A stretch of DNA of 64,000 nucleotides from a virus (taxonomy: Duplodnaviria; Heunggongvirae; Uroviricota; Caudoviricetes), in the IMG/VR virus record IMGVR_UViG_3300000553_000006, positions 1-64,000 of that record; one strand, 5' to 3'. Within the stretch, counting starts at the first letter, position 1. Each line of letters starts with the position of its first letter. The notes beneath the pieces are model-generated. The model saw nothing but the letters and a program-made list of their open reading frames with translations, had not been told where the DNA came from and made no database searches. Below are positions 46,212 through 56,498 of the stretch, one piece after another. The translations under genes were made by a program, and so were the position numbers.

Positions 46212-46826
46212 TTAAAGAGTCTTTCGACCTTTATTATAACCTAGTGCCAAATAATAATCAAGCTGTTCTTTTTTAATTTTAAGAATACGTTGTCCATTAT
46301 TTATCCAACAAGTACCAAATTGAGAATTTTTAGATCCTTTTTGGTGTTCTTTTTCGTGCAAAGTATTTTTTCTTTTTAATTTGGCATCTTCAGTATTGGC
46401 AAATAATGAAGCAATCTTTATATTATTCTTTCTAGCTCTTAGTTTATTTTCACTTTCAATTTTAAGATTTAATTTATTCAATTTTCCTGAAATTTTTCCA
46501 CCCAATCTATATGCTTCAATAGGAACCAATCCATTTGCATTGATATACCCAAATCCACCTTTACCACCAGGACATAGATTATAGGTATCCTCTCGTGTAC
46601 AAAACTCTTCGGTAACCAATTCTTTCTCTTTAGCATTCATTTCTTCTTCCGAATCAAATACAAAGAGAATTTCTTTAGTAAACTTATCTAATCCATATTT
46701 CTTTTGGGCTCTACGTAATGATTGACCAGAACCCATATATCCATCATCCAAATCTTTTGTTTGATGTTTACCAATATAGATTTTGTTGTTTACAGAACAA
46801 GTAATTTTGTAGATAGTATAAAACAT
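46212..46826 (-). CDS. GIY-YIG homing endonuclease, paralog of 6332..6955
   Basis: MFYTIYKITCSVNNKIYIGKHQTKDLDDGYMGSG. Confidence 0.8.
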   Translation of the reverse strand: MFYTIYKITCSVNNKIYIGKHQTKDLDDGYMGSGQSLRRAQKKYGLDKFTKEILFVFDSEEEMNAKEKELVTEEFCTREDTYNLCPGGKGGFGYINANGLVPIEAYRLGGKISGKLNKLNLKIESENKLRARKNNIKIASLFANTEDAKLKRKNTLHEKEHQKGSKNSQFGTCWINNGQRILKIKKEQLDYYLALGYNKGRKTL

Positions 46827-46833
46827 ATTAGTG

Positions 46834-46883
46834 TCCCAGGAAATATAGAAAGGTCTTAGTATGCCTATTTATATTTCCTGGGA
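46834..46883 (-). promoter_or_regulatory. leader hairpin (14-bp perfect stem) upstream of the GIY-YIG gene
   Basis: Arms TCCCAGGAAATATA/TATATTTCCTGGGA around the same conserved loop as at 6926..6965; contains a minus-sense TATAAATA. Confidence 0.55.
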
Positions 46884-46889
46884 CTGAAG

Positions 46890-46979
46890 TAGTCCTGCTA
46901 GGACTCGAACCTAGATCGTTCACCCGTCCGGTGATCATGCCTTATAAGGACACCGCTCTGCCAATTGAGCTACAAGACT
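46890..46979 (-). tRNA. type II tRNA with 22-nt variable arm, anticodon reads UAU as folded; no encoded CCA
   Basis: Acceptor AGTCTTG/CAGGACT, D-arm GCTC-AATTGGCA-GAGC, anticodon arm GTGTC-CTTATAA-GGCAT (2 G.U), T-arm CTAGG-TTCGAGT-CCTAG. Confidence 0.5.
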
Positions 46980-46987
46980 ACATAATT

Positions 46988-47072
46988 TGGTGCGAATGAG
47001 AGGACTCGAACCTCCACCCCTTTCGGGACTGGTTTCTAAGACCAGCGCGTCTACCAATTCCGCCACACTCGC
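46988..47072 (-). tRNA. tRNA-Leu (UAG)
   Basis: Anticodon arm CTGGT-CTTAGAA-ACCAG, long variable arm, CCA; 85 nt. Confidence 0.75.
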
Positions 47073-47186
47073 ATTATTTTCCGTCTAGTAAAAGACAAAG
47101 AAAGCCTACTATCCAAACCCAAAGTGGCGCATTATAGTGCCAACATACCAGAAAGCCAAAAATAGCAAGCATTTCTCATCCTCAAA

Positions 47187-47262
47187 TGGTGCCGACGGCA
47201 GGGATCGCACCCGCATCTGCTGGGTTTCAACCAGCCGCTAAGACTACATCAGCTACGACGGC
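47187..47262 (-). tRNA. tRNA-Phe (GAA)
   Basis: Anticodon arm GCTGG-TTGAAAC-CCAGC; CCA. Confidence 0.65.
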
Positions 47263-47269
47263 GTAATAT

Positions 47270-47346
47270 TGGAAGGGGATACGGGACTCGAACCCGCATT
47301 AGTGGATTGAAAGTCCACTGTCCTAGTCCAATTAGACGAATCCCCC
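47270..47346 (-). tRNA. tRNA-Glu (UUC)
   Basis: Anticodon arm GTGGA-CTTTCAA-TCCAC; T-loop GGTTCGAGTCC; CCA. Confidence 0.7.
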
Positions 47347-47388
47347 AGAGTTCTTATTTAGTCATTGTAACCGAAGCAGCCAATAAAA

Positions 47389-47667
47389 TCAAGCACTTTT
47401 TTTGAACAAAGGACATTTATGTACAGGCGCTTCAGTCTCGTCTTCGAATTTTACACCAACGAGGCGCCAACCTTCAGGTCGTTGTTCCCAATGAAGGTTG
47501 GGCGCTCCGCAGTGCTTACATTCTTTTGTCTTGGGCTTATACTGACGTCGCGAACGACCATTAAATGTATAATCATCAGCAAAACAGTCTTCAGCATAGA
47601 AGTCTGATTGATCATGATAATACTCGTCGAACATAGCTTCGACAGCCATGTCAGCATATTCACCCAT
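47389..47667 (-). CDS. hypothetical protein
   Basis: 92-aa ORF with CKHC...C cysteines. Confidence 0.4.
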   Translation of the reverse strand: MGEYADMAVEAMFDEYYHDQSDFYAEDCFADDYTFNGRSRRQYKPKTKECKHCGAPNLHWEQRPEGWRLVGVKFEDETEAPVHKCPLFKKSA

Positions 47668-47669
47668 AA

Positions 47670-48527
47670 TTACACTCGAATCCTCTTTTTAATTTCCTCG
47701 AAAGACTCATCCTTAACAAGTTTACCATCAAGATAGACAGTTTCAAGACAATCGTTGGCATCGTGATTGCTTTCAAGAGTGAACCAATTGTGTCCATCTT
47801 GACGCAGAACCAGTCGACCCTTCTTGCTCTTCTTGCCAGGATCAGTAATCGGATCCTTGGCGATAGCAAGATCCTTACCATTCACACGAATGTTGCTCGC
47901 CTTGAACGCAAACTTATTCGTGTCTCGATTGATATCGACTTGCATCAGACCACCGCCTGAACCAGTCATAATCGAATCAGCAGAGATATGCATGTCTAGA
48001 GCAATCTGGAACGGAACAGCCACAGTGTCTTCGTTGATACCGTCACCCCACAGAACCTTGACGTTGTTCAGAACTTTGTATCCCTTGTTATTCCGAGTGA
48101 AGCCAAAGCCCTTCTCAAGAATAGCCAGGACTTGAGGAAGAACAACCTCAATATCGCCGCTGTCAGGACGAACGACGAGAGTGATATTCTTCTCGACGAT
48201 CTTATCCTTCAGAGACACCCACTTACGAGCCGCATCGTAGATGTTCCAAGTGTCCGAAACAACAGACAGAATAGAACCAGGTTCAGCGACATCAACCAGA
48301 CGTTCGAACGAAGCAAGTTCGTTCTCTTGACCGTAGCTACACATGATGCTGTGTTCAGTAGCAGCCACGGAGTAACCCATGATCTTACCACCATACAGCT
48401 TACGAACCCAGTCGATAGCAGACATACTGTCCGAACCGGCGAAGTTCAGTAGATGCGCAGCACCACCGATCTGATTGCTCTCGAAAGAAGAGCAGCGATG
48501 GCTCCGATAGAAGCAATCTTTCTCATA
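47670..48527 (-). pseudogene. nadV: nicotinamide phosphoribosyltransferase (NadV/Nampt) C-terminal portion, N-terminal ~180 aa missing
   Basis: GGAAHLLNFAGSD...GYSVAATEHS...RPDSGD...KGRLVLRQDGHNW aligns with Nampt residues ~185-480 from memory; an in-frame TAA at 48528..48530 separates it from an unrelated low-complexity ORF. Confidence 0.55.
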
Positions 48528-48821
48528 TTACCAGCTCCCCGACGATCCGCCGGCGGCGGTCGAGCCGCCATCGCCAGAAAAATCACTGCTGCTGCCAGAG
48601 TCATAACTCGGACCCGGATCATAGCTAGGAGTAGACATACTGTCTATAATCGATTCAGCAACAATAACAGAAGCCATTGTACTAGCGAAAGAATCATCGC
48701 TAGAAACATAAGTATCGTCCGAAGTCCTCGTCCGATTCCTCTCAACCAGCTGCCAAGGATGGTTCTTCTTGAAAAGAGACTTCTTAATTTCACCAGTGAT
48801 AGAGTGCTTGTATTCATACAT
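48528..48821 (-). CDS. Ser/Asp/Gly-rich low-complexity ORF (same frame as the nadV fragment)
   Basis: 97 aa, GC-rich low-complexity DNA; may be non-functional. Confidence 0.3.
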   Translation of the reverse strand: MYEYKHSITGEIKKSLFKKNHPWQLVERNRTRTSDDTYVSSDDSFASTMASVIVAESIIDSMSTPSYDPGPSYDSGSSSDFSGDGGSTAAGGSSGSW

Positions 48822-49149
48822 GATATTTAGTTTTCCCTAGTAAAGTTCAGCGAGAATGCTGTCTGCCCAATCAAACCAATCGAGCTCTTCACGCTCGACC
48901 TTTTCGTTGTTACGGATCTTCCGCATAATCTCGCAGTACTTAGCCTGCATGGCTAAGAACCCTTGTTCGATCATCGGAAACTTAAAGACTTTGATATCCA
49001 TCTCAATCCCTCCTACAACGGTTACATACTTAGTATACCGTCAGGATGAATTAATAGCAAGTCCCAAAATTATTTTTTTGATATAAATAGAATGCTAGTC
49101 GCGGACTGCCATCCCACTAGCTCTAGTCCTCGTTCAAAGAGCCCAGCAC

Positions 49150-49701
49150 ATGTTTATTTATTACGTCTATGCTTACCTTCGTAAATCTGATGGATCTCCA
49201 TATTACATCGGAAAAGGTAAAGGAAAGAGAGCGTTTGACAAAAGTCATTCTGTCTCTGTACCTAAAGACAAATCAAAAATAATTTTCCTCGAAACACATC
49301 TATCTAATCTGGGTGCATGCGCATTAGAACGTAGATATATTCGCTGGTATGGACGTAAAGATTTAGGAACAGGTATCCTTCTTAATAAGACAGAAGGAGG
49401 GGATGGAAATTCTGGAAAAAGATCTAAATTGTGGAGAGAAAACCACAGTAAAATAATGTCCGGAGAAAACAACCCTTCTAAGAGACCTGAAGTAAAAGAA
49501 AAACAAAGAATGACTGATAAATCTTATATGCAGAAAGATGACTACAAGAACAAAATCTCCCAAGCAAATAAGAAAGCAATCATTACTCCAAACGGTAAAT
49601 TCAAATCAGTTGGAGAAGCTATCTCTAGTTACAATACGACTCCACACTACTTTTACAAGATGATGAAATCTAGCCCGAAGGAGTTTTATACTGTGCTTTA
49701 A
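49150..49701 (+). CDS. GIY-YIG homing endonuclease
   Basis: [29 protein letters not shown]; conserved leader at 49083..49149. Confidence 0.8.
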   Translation: MFIYYVYAYLRKSDGSPYYIGKGKGKRAFDKSHSVSVPKDKSKIIFLETHLSNLGACALERRYIRWYGRKDLGTGILLNKTEGGDGNSGKRSKLWRENHSKIMSGENNPSKRPEVKEKQRMTDKSYMQKDDYKNKISQANKKAIITPNGKFKSVGEAISSYNTTPHYFYKMMKSSPKEFYTVL

Positions 49702-50128
49702 GGTGTGAACTTGAGACTCTACATTGAACATAGTCGTTGTAGTAATCTTCTCTAATGATTGCATCAGTTTCTAGAATCATCTTCGATTCATAATACGTGC
49801 ATTGCGAACGATTGTCGCAGAGCCTTACGATTTCTCGGGTAAAGTTATAGTGTCCCAATTGTTCGATATCAGCTTGGAGTAATTTAGATGAACCCCAATA
49901 AGATTTCCAGTCGCTTGGCTTTCTGATACGCTTTCTCTTACCTTTAACTGTCTTATAACCAGCCGACGAGAAGAGTTTCTTTCCGATGTATCTTCTTCCA
50001 GTGGTAATATTAGTAATGACATAAACAAATCCGAAGTGCGCATCAGCTAAACTCTCATCAAAATTAATCCCTTGATATGTCCACCAAGGTTCCTCACTCA
50101 TCTTCTTCGAAGTCTTCGTCTTCATCAA
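49670..50128 (-). CDS. short GIY-YIG nuclease
   Basis: [26 protein letters not shown] core; 152 aa; converges on 49150..49701. Confidence 0.6.
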   Translation of the reverse strand: MMKTKTSKKMSEEPWWTYQGINFDESLADAHFGFVYVITNITTGRRYIGKKLFSSAGYKTVKGKRKRIRKPSDWKSYWGSSKLLQADIEQLGHYNFTREIVRLCDNRSQCTYYESKMILETDAIIREDYYNDYVQCRVSSSHLKAQYKTPSG

Positions 50129-50255
50129 CTAGATTTAGTTCTGAAGAACAATACGGACAGAATTCTAGACTGCCCATGGCGACTGACGTAACGATCTTAA
50201 ATTCGGATTCGCAGGCGTCGCAATTAATCCAACTATCCCATCTATCTACCATTTA

Positions 50256-50726
50256 CTACTCCAGTTTTGTTACTTTAACTCCACCGCGAGTAAGCAAATC
50301 GATGCCAGATCTATCACGGTAGTCATCTTTATATATGACTTCGGCGATTTTGGCTTGTAACATGAGTTTTGCGCAGTCTCCACAAGGACTTAGCGTAACG
50401 AAAACTGTTGCGCCTTCTGAAGATTCAGTTGAAGCGGCGAGTTTAGCAATCGCATTCAACTCAGCGTGTAGAACTTCTGGTTTAGTTTTTAGAGCTACGC
50501 GACCTCCGTTTGCTCCATCAAAATACGGACCATTAAAGTCCATTTTATAATCTATCTCTTCTTCACAATTATTATTATCCCAACCAGCTGGCGTGCCATT
50601 GTAACCGAACGAGATAATACTCCTGTCCTTTACAATGACACATCCAACCTTAGTTCTTCTAGCATAAGAAAGATCCGCCGTTTCTTCAGCAACTCTCATA
50701 AAATAATTGACGAATTTTTCTTTCAT
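50256..50726 (-). CDS. cd: dCMP deaminase
   Basis: HAELNAI and SPCGDCAKLM zinc-binding motifs. Confidence 0.8.
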   Translation of the reverse strand: MKEKFVNYFMRVAEETADLSYARRTKVGCVIVKDRSIISFGYNGTPAGWDNNNCEEEIDYKMDFNGPYFDGANGGRVALKTKPEVLHAELNAIAKLAASTESSEGATVFVTLSPCGDCAKLMLQAKIAEVIYKDDYRDRSGIDLLTRGGVKVTKLE

Positions 50727-50842
50727 ATTATCCTTGACCTCTGTACTTTTTGTAAGAACGGCGAGAATGCTTGTTCATAGAACTTGTCTTCAACACTCCA
50801 CGTCCTTGAGCAGTTCTCTTTGGAACAGTAACGTGTACGAGT

Positions 50843-51088
50843 TTAGCCTCTTTGACTGTTTTTGCCATGCGCTTTATCCTTTATCAATTTTTTAACGTCG
50901 ACTACAGTTTCGTTTTCTATAATACCGATAATCACGTTAGTCAGATTGATATCGCTCTGAATAAAGTACATCTTCTCTTTCAATTTTTCGAGTTGTTCGC
51001 GATAGAATGCGAGCTCTTCTTCTTTTCTTTTTCGCATCTCGTAAACATCATCAAGTAAAATGATCCTTGCTGTGCGTTCTTCTTCCAT
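50843..51088 (-). CDS. hypothetical protein
   Basis: 81-aa charged ORF. Confidence 0.4.
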   Translation of the reverse strand: MEEERTARIILLDDVYEMRKRKEEELAFYREQLEKLKEKMYFIQSDINLTNVIIGIIENETVVDVKKLIKDKAHGKNSQRG

Positions 51089-52197
51089 TATAATGAGAAT
51101 CCCTTAAATGAAGCGTCAGTTACATCATTATTTACTCCTCCTACTGTGTAGGAGGTAAGTTCAGTTTCCTGAGGAGCTACTTGTACCTCAGAACCGCTGA
51201 TCCACTTTTGTGTCCAAGGAAGAGGATTGCTTGTAATTCCCTTGGCTAAATCGTAGGTGTTTACATCAATCGCCTTCATTCTCTTAGAAGCGATCCATTC
51301 TACATAGTCGCAAAGCAACTTCTCGTTTAGACCGATCATTGATCCATCTTTGAATAGATATCTTGCCCAGATTTTCTCTTGAATGATAACAAGATTAAAG
51401 ATCTCTTCGACCTTTTGTCCATATTCTGCTTCAATTTGAGCAAAGTCACTATCTTCTTTTGGAAGAAGCTTCAACATTTGTTGAGTCGAAGCCAAGTGAA
51501 TGTTCTCATCTCGAGCAATAAACTTGATAATCTTGGCGTTACCTTCCATCTTCTTCATTTCAGCGAACGCCCAAGAGCAAGCAAAGCTGACGTAGAAACG
51601 GATACCTTCAAGAGCATTAACAGCATTCAAACAAAGCCAAAGAGCGACCTTGTGCTCATATAGTTGTCTAGAACGTCCTCCTTCACTTGACCACATAGCA
51701 GGTCTCATGTTATTGCAATGAACAAGCTTATCGTAATACTCACTGATAGCTGATCCACAATCTACAATTGCATCAATGCTCATCATATCATCAAACACTT
51801 TAGATGGGTTTGAGTAAATGTTACGAATGATGTGAGTGTATGAACGAGAGTGAATGGTCTCGAAATATGTCCAGGTTTGAATCCAAGTTTCAAGCTCTGG
51901 AATTGATGTAATAGGAAGGAAAGCTAGAGAAGGAGCGCGACCTTGAATTGAATCAAGAAGGATCTGTCTCTTCAGATTGGAAGTGAAGATGTGTTGTTCT
52001 GAAGTTGTTAGCTGTTTGAAGTCCTTAGAATCTCTAGTCAGATCAACTTCGGTTGGTCGCCAGAAATATCCGTTTTGTCTTTCAGTAAGTTTCTCGAAAA
52101 TAGAATACTTCTGAACATCGTATCTAGCAACTCCCAAACTCTCACCAAAGAACATTGGAGTTTCATCGTAGTTACTTTTATTCTTAAAGACAGTCAT
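51088..52197 (-). CDS. nrdB: ribonucleotide reductase class Ia beta subunit
   Basis: 369 aa, ferritin-like diiron-carboxylate pattern (EGIRFYVSFACSWAFAE). Confidence 0.8.
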   Translation of the reverse strand: MTVFKNKSNYDETPMFFGESLGVARYDVQKYSIFEKLTERQNGYFWRPTEVDLTRDSKDFKQLTTSEQHIFTSNLKRQILLDSIQGRAPSLAFLPITSIPELETWIQTWTYFETIHSRSYTHIIRNIYSNPSKVFDDMMSIDAIVDCGSAISEYYDKLVHCNNMRPAMWSSEGGRSRQLYEHKVALWLCLNAVNALEGIRFYVSFACSWAFAEMKKMEGNAKIIKFIARDENIHLASTQQMLKLLPKEDSDFAQIEAEYGQKVEEIFNLVIIQEKIWARYLFKDGSMIGLNEKLLCDYVEWIASKRMKAIDVNTYDLAKGITSNPLPWTQKWISGSEVQVAPQETELTSYTVGGVNNDVTDASFKGFSL

Positions 52198-52846
52198 TCG
52201 TTAATCTTCCTTTAATCCATCCTTGAGGTTGTTCTTCATGATATCTCTCAATTACGCCATTATTATACCAATGTTTTCCTAGGGCTGCTCTGTTCTTCAC
52301 TTTGCGCATTCCATGTGTATTATTTTTAACAAATGGAACAGGATCAATACCATTCAAATAATATTTGTTATATAAATGATAAGAAATTCCTGTCTTTTCT
52401 AATAATTCTGTATATCCTAAATATTCAACACCATTATATTCTAATTTTAACAATTTTGCTTCAGAAATAGACTTTTTGTGTTCTTCAGTTTTTTTCTTAT
52501 TTTTTCTAGAGAAACTCATCTTAGATTTAGCTGACTCGCTATGTACATAACCAGAATTTTGTTTCTTAATTTCTACTGAAAATTTTCTTTTCAACCAACC
52601 ATATCGTTTATTACATCTATTCCCCATCATATTAGCAGCAAAAATCAATTTACTATTTCCAGGATATATTTTAGTAAGCAATAAGTGTGCAAGAAAATGT
52701 TCTTCTGGAGTTAAAGCAACCAAATTCTCAGAATTATCCAATCCACCGACACATTTCGGGATGATATGATGAGATTCAGAATATTCCAACAGTGGTCTTT
52801 CTTTGGTTTTCTCTATCAACAACGCGTAATGTTTGTTATAATCCAT
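52184..52846 (-). CDS. HNH homing endonuclease between nrdA and nrdB
   Basis: HHIIPKCVGGLDNSENLVALTPEEH; placement as for T4 mobE. Confidence 0.7.
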   Translation of the reverse strand: MDYNKHYALLIEKTKERPLLEYSESHHIIPKCVGGLDNSENLVALTPEEHFLAHLLLTKIYPGNSKLIFAANMMGNRCNKRYGWLKRKFSVEIKKQNSGYVHSESAKSKMSFSRKNKKKTEEHKKSISEAKLLKLEYNGVEYLGYTELLEKTGISYHLYNKYYLNGIDPVPFVKNNTHGMRKVKNRAALGKHWYNNGVIERYHEEQPQGWIKGRLTNDCL

Positions 52847-52889
52847 AAATACGCTCCTATCGTTCGTATTTATTTAGTAAAACTTAGAG

Positions 52890-55175
52890 CTAGATAGTAC
52901 AGCTGTCACAATTTTCTTGATCTAATTCTCCTAGTTTTACAGCAAAAGAAGATTCAGTAATTTCTCCAGCGCCATCTGAAGTATTGAAGTAATATAAGGT
53001 CTTACCACCAAGTTTATAGTGTAGAAGAATATGTCCTAGCATTTCTGAGACTGGGATCTTCTCTTCAGGATAGAAGATAGGATTGTAAGAGGTATTTACA
53101 GAAATGGCTTGGTCCATATACTTTTGAATCACAGCCATAATCTTGAGATATCCCTCAGGACTGCGTTGATCCCATAGCAATTCGTATTTATTCTTCATAC
53201 GACGGAAGTCAGGGACAACTTGCTTGAGAACTCCATCCTTTGATACTTTAACAGAAACAAATGCTCTTGGTGGTTCAACACCATTTGTAGCATTAATGAT
53301 CTGTGATGAAGTCTCAGATGGCATACAAGCCATTAGTGTGGCGTTACGAATACCATGAAGCTTGGCATCAGCCTTGAGGCTTTCCCAGTCCATATGATAA
53401 ACTGGAGTAACAATAGTGTCAAGCTCTTTCTTATACGTATCAATCGGGAAAATGCCGTGAGCATACTTTACAGCTTCACCGCCCTTACATGGACCAAACT
53501 CTTTCGCAAGTTGTACAGAAGCTTTGATCAAATAGTAAGACCAAGCTTCACACATCTCATCAATCTTAGCCAGATTTGGATTGGTGTATGTCATATCATT
53601 CTTTGCCATCCAGTAAGCAAGATTATTCAATCCTACACCAAGAGGACGGTACTTCTCGGTAGAGTTACGTGCAGCCAAAACAGGATAGTTTTGGTAGCTA
53701 AGAAGAGCGTCAAGCCCGCGTACTGCAAGCTCACAAGGCTTCTCAAAATCCTTAGATGATCTGATCTTACCTAGATTAATCGCTGTTAGAGTACAAAGAG
53801 CGATCTCTCCATTAGGATCATTAACATCATTAAGAGGAACAGTTGGTAGTGTAATCTCTGTACATAGATTGCTCATTCTGATTGGAGCAAGATCTGTAAT
53901 GAATGAACCGTGATCGTTACAGTGATCAACATTCATAAGATATACTCGTCCAGTGTCCTTCCGTTCTTGTATGAACGACGTGAAAAGGTCAATGGCTTTA
54001 ACTGTCCGCTTTCTAATCTTAGTTGAACGCTCGTACTTCTCGTATAGAGTGCGGAAAGTGTCTGTGTTTGAGAAGAACGCTTCGTAGAGGTCAGGTACAT
54101 CAGATGGAGAAAACAGAGTGATGTTCCCGCCAGTAATAAGTCTTTCATACATGACTTTATTGAATTGGACGCCGTAGTCAAGATGTCTTGCACGATTATC
54201 CTCCGTACCTTTGTTGTTCTTCAGAACAAGCATGTCCTCGATTTCTAAGTGCCAGACCGGATAATAGAGCGTTGCAGCACCGCCTCGAACACCCCCTTGG
54301 GAGCACGATTTGACAGCACTTTGAAAATGTTTATAAAAAGGAATAACTCCAGTATGAGAAGCATCACCATTGCGAATAGGGGAGCCAAGAGCACGTATGC
54401 GCCCAGCTCCAATACCAATACCAGCCTTTTGAGAAACATACTTAACGATCGCCGATGCCGTCGCGTTAATACTGTCAAGGGAATCCTCCGTTTCAATTAA
54501 TACGCATGATGAGAATTGACGTTGAGGAGTTCTAACGCCAGCCATCACAGGTGTGGGTAATGAGAAATCAAAGGTAGAGATCGCGTCGTAGTATTCCTTG
54601 ACGTACTTAAGGCGAGTTTCCTTTGGATAGTTTGAGAACAACGCAGCTGAGATAAGAATGAACGCCATTTGTGGCGTTTCAAAGATCTCTCCAGTTGTTC
54701 TATTCTTTACAAGATACTTACCACGGAACTGCTCCATTGCAGCATAAGTGAGAAGATAATCTCGGTCGTGATTAATGTAACCATTAATTGAGTTCCATTC
54801 TTGTTCGTTGTATGCAGCAAGTAGATCCTTATCATAGAAACCGAACTTGACAACATTCTTTACATGGTCAAGAAGGTGTATAGGCTCGTATTGCCCATAC
54901 ACTTCCTTGCGAAGATGGTAGTTAATCAGGCGACCACCAACGTATTGGTAGTTCGGAGTCTCTTCCGAGATAAGATCAGCTGCAGCCTTGATCAAAGTCT
55001 CTTGAATATCAGAGGTCTTGATCTTATCGTAAAACTGAATTTGAGACTTCAGTTCAATTTCTGAAGCTGATACATTATTGATTCCTTGACAAGCAAGAAT
55101 ACACACACCGTGGAACTTGTTTAGATCGAGAGGTTCCTTGTCTCCGTTACGTTTTGTTACTACAATTCCTGACAT
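52890..55175 (-). CDS. nrdA: ribonucleotide reductase class Ia alpha subunit
   Basis: 761 aa, N-terminal ATP-cone, C-terminal CDSC redox pair. Confidence 0.85.
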   Translation of the reverse strand: MSGIVVTKRNGDKEPLDLNKFHGVCILACQGINNVSASEIELKSQIQFYDKIKTSDIQETLIKAAADLISEETPNYQYVGGRLINYHLRKEVYGQYEPIHLLDHVKNVVKFGFYDKDLLAAYNEQEWNSINGYINHDRDYLLTYAAMEQFRGKYLVKNRTTGEIFETPQMAFILISAALFSNYPKETRLKYVKEYYDAISTFDFSLPTPVMAGVRTPQRQFSSCVLIETEDSLDSINATASAIVKYVSQKAGIGIGAGRIRALGSPIRNGDASHTGVIPFYKHFQSAVKSCSQGGVRGGAATLYYPVWHLEIEDMLVLKNNKGTEDNRARHLDYGVQFNKVMYERLITGGNITLFSPSDVPDLYEAFFSNTDTFRTLYEKYERSTKIRKRTVKAIDLFTSFIQERKDTGRVYLMNVDHCNDHGSFITDLAPIRMSNLCTEITLPTVPLNDVNDPNGEIALCTLTAINLGKIRSSKDFEKPCELAVRGLDALLSYQNYPVLAARNSTEKYRPLGVGLNNLAYWMAKNDMTYTNPNLAKIDEMCEAWSYYLIKASVQLAKEFGPCKGGEAVKYAHGIFPIDTYKKELDTIVTPVYHMDWESLKADAKLHGIRNATLMACMPSETSSQIINATNGVEPPRAFVSVKVSKDGVLKQVVPDFRRMKNKYELLWDQRSPEGYLKIMAVIQKYMDQAISVNTSYNPIFYPEEKIPVSEMLGHILLHYKLGGKTLYYFNTSDGAGEITESSFAVKLGELDQENCDSCTI

Positions 55176-55747
55176 ACTTTTCCTACTCTACAATTGTCAA
55201 AATGCCATCTTTTCATACCACTACCATATCCAGATTTACCACATTTATTACATGTATGTTTTTGTTGAGAATGGTGTGTGCCAGAATCTAGTTGTTTCTT
55301 TTGCGCTTTTCTTTGTGTATCACCACCAATAAAGTGATGAGTTCCGTTTTCTATTCTTTTCTGTGTAGTCTTTCTAGAAATTTCGCCACCAATAAAGTGG
55401 TGTGTTCCAGCATCAACTCTTTTCTTAGCAGATATTTTAGCGACTTCACCACCAAGAAAATTATGTGTACCTTCTTCAACTCGTTTTCTAGAATTTTTTC
55501 TAGCTATCTGAGATATTATTTCTCCAGACATATTCATTCTAATTAATACTGCTTGTGCAGCTGCCCAGTCTTCTTGGTCATAATGAATTTTATAGTGGTC
55601 ATCAATAGATAATGCAATCAAGTTGCTAATATCGTTATTTTGATTGTTCCCATCCTTGTGATGAATATCAAATGTTCTACCGTATTCATCACAAGGAATA
55701 GGTCCATATACACTTTCGTATAATCTTCTGTAATCAGTCATAAGCAA
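55160..55747 (-). CDS. HNH homing endonuclease
   Basis: TFDIHHKDGNNQNNDISNLIALSIDDHYKIH; late box at about 55768. Confidence 0.7.
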   Translation of the reverse strand: MLMTDYRRLYESVYGPIPCDEYGRTFDIHHKDGNNQNNDISNLIALSIDDHYKIHYDQEDWAAAQAVLIRMNMSGEIISQIARKNSRKRVEEGTHNFLGGEVAKISAKKRVDAGTHHFIGGEISRKTTQKRIENGTHHFIGGDTQRKAQKKQLDSGTHHSQQKHTCNKCGKSGYGSGMKRWHFDNCRVGKVCQEL

Positions 55748-55802
55748 CTCCTATTAGATCATCTATTTATAAATTGCTTACGCTTGATTACATTAATCAT
55801 CT

Positions 55803-56498
55803 TTATTCCTTAGCTAGACTAGCCTTAACTGCGCGAGTATCTACAGCCTTACCAGATACGGTGTAATCTGCAGAAGCAGTAGCATAGAAGTTCATGGTTG
55901 CATCCATGTTACGTAGAGAGGTGTTGATCACCTTACCGGCAGATAGACCGTAGTTTTGAGCAACAGTATCAGCGTTAAACTCAGCACCAAGGAATAGAAC
56001 TTCCCATCCACGAGCCTGACAAGTAGCAATACGATCACGAATTGATGCCAGATTGTATGTCTTGCTTGAGTTTTCTTCACCATCAGTCATGATGATAATT
56101 ACAGTCTTTTCGTTGTTATTCTTGTCAGCAAGATTAAGCAGCTTCGCAGTTGAGTCATAAAGTGGAGTTCCGCCGCGTGGTGAAGTTTCGTTGATACCAA
56201 CGTCCTTAAACTTCTTGATACTTACTTTATCACGAATAACATCAAAGCTGTTTGGATCAACTACTTCAGCGTTAAACGCTCTTGCCATTTGAGCACCACC
56301 AAGACGAACTTGTCCACCCCAATTCGATGGTCCGTTTGAGTCAAAGGTTGCAAGAGTAATCTCAGCGTCAGTTCCAGCAGTTCTTAGTCCATGTACGTAG
56401 GTATTGATAGCGCCAATTGCACCTTCCCATCGAGAACCAGACATAGAGCCTGAGCGATCAAGTAGAATATATGCAGATAGCTTATTTGATTTTGCCAT
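55803..56498 (-). CDS. von Willebrand factor A (vWA) domain protein
   Basis: MIDAS motif LLDRSGSMSG plus downstream TDGEE. Confidence 0.6.
   Translation of the reverse strand: MAKSNKLSAYILLDRSGSMSGSRWEGAIGAINTYVHGLRTAGTDAEITLATFDSNGPSNWGGQVRLGGAQMARAFNAEVVDPNSFDVIRDKVSIKKFKDVGINETSPRGGTPLYDSTAKLLNLADKNNNEKTVIIIMTDGEENSSKTYNLASIRDRIATCQARGWEVLFLGAEFNADTVAQNYGLSAGKVINTSLRNMDATMNFYATASADYTVSGKAVDTRAVKASLAKE

Noticed and set aside
48453-48830. 125-aa Arg/Ala-rich plus-strand ORF
   Set aside because: Lies in the GC-rich low-complexity DNA upstream of the nadV fragment; the composition is a by-product of antisense poly-Ser/Gly/Asp codons.
50740-50880. 46-aa very basic small ORF (MAKTVKEAKLVHVTVPKRTAQGRGVLK...) between cd and the next gene
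   Set aside because: Resembles a ribosomal-protein-like peptide, but it is too short and unsupported to call; left unannotated.
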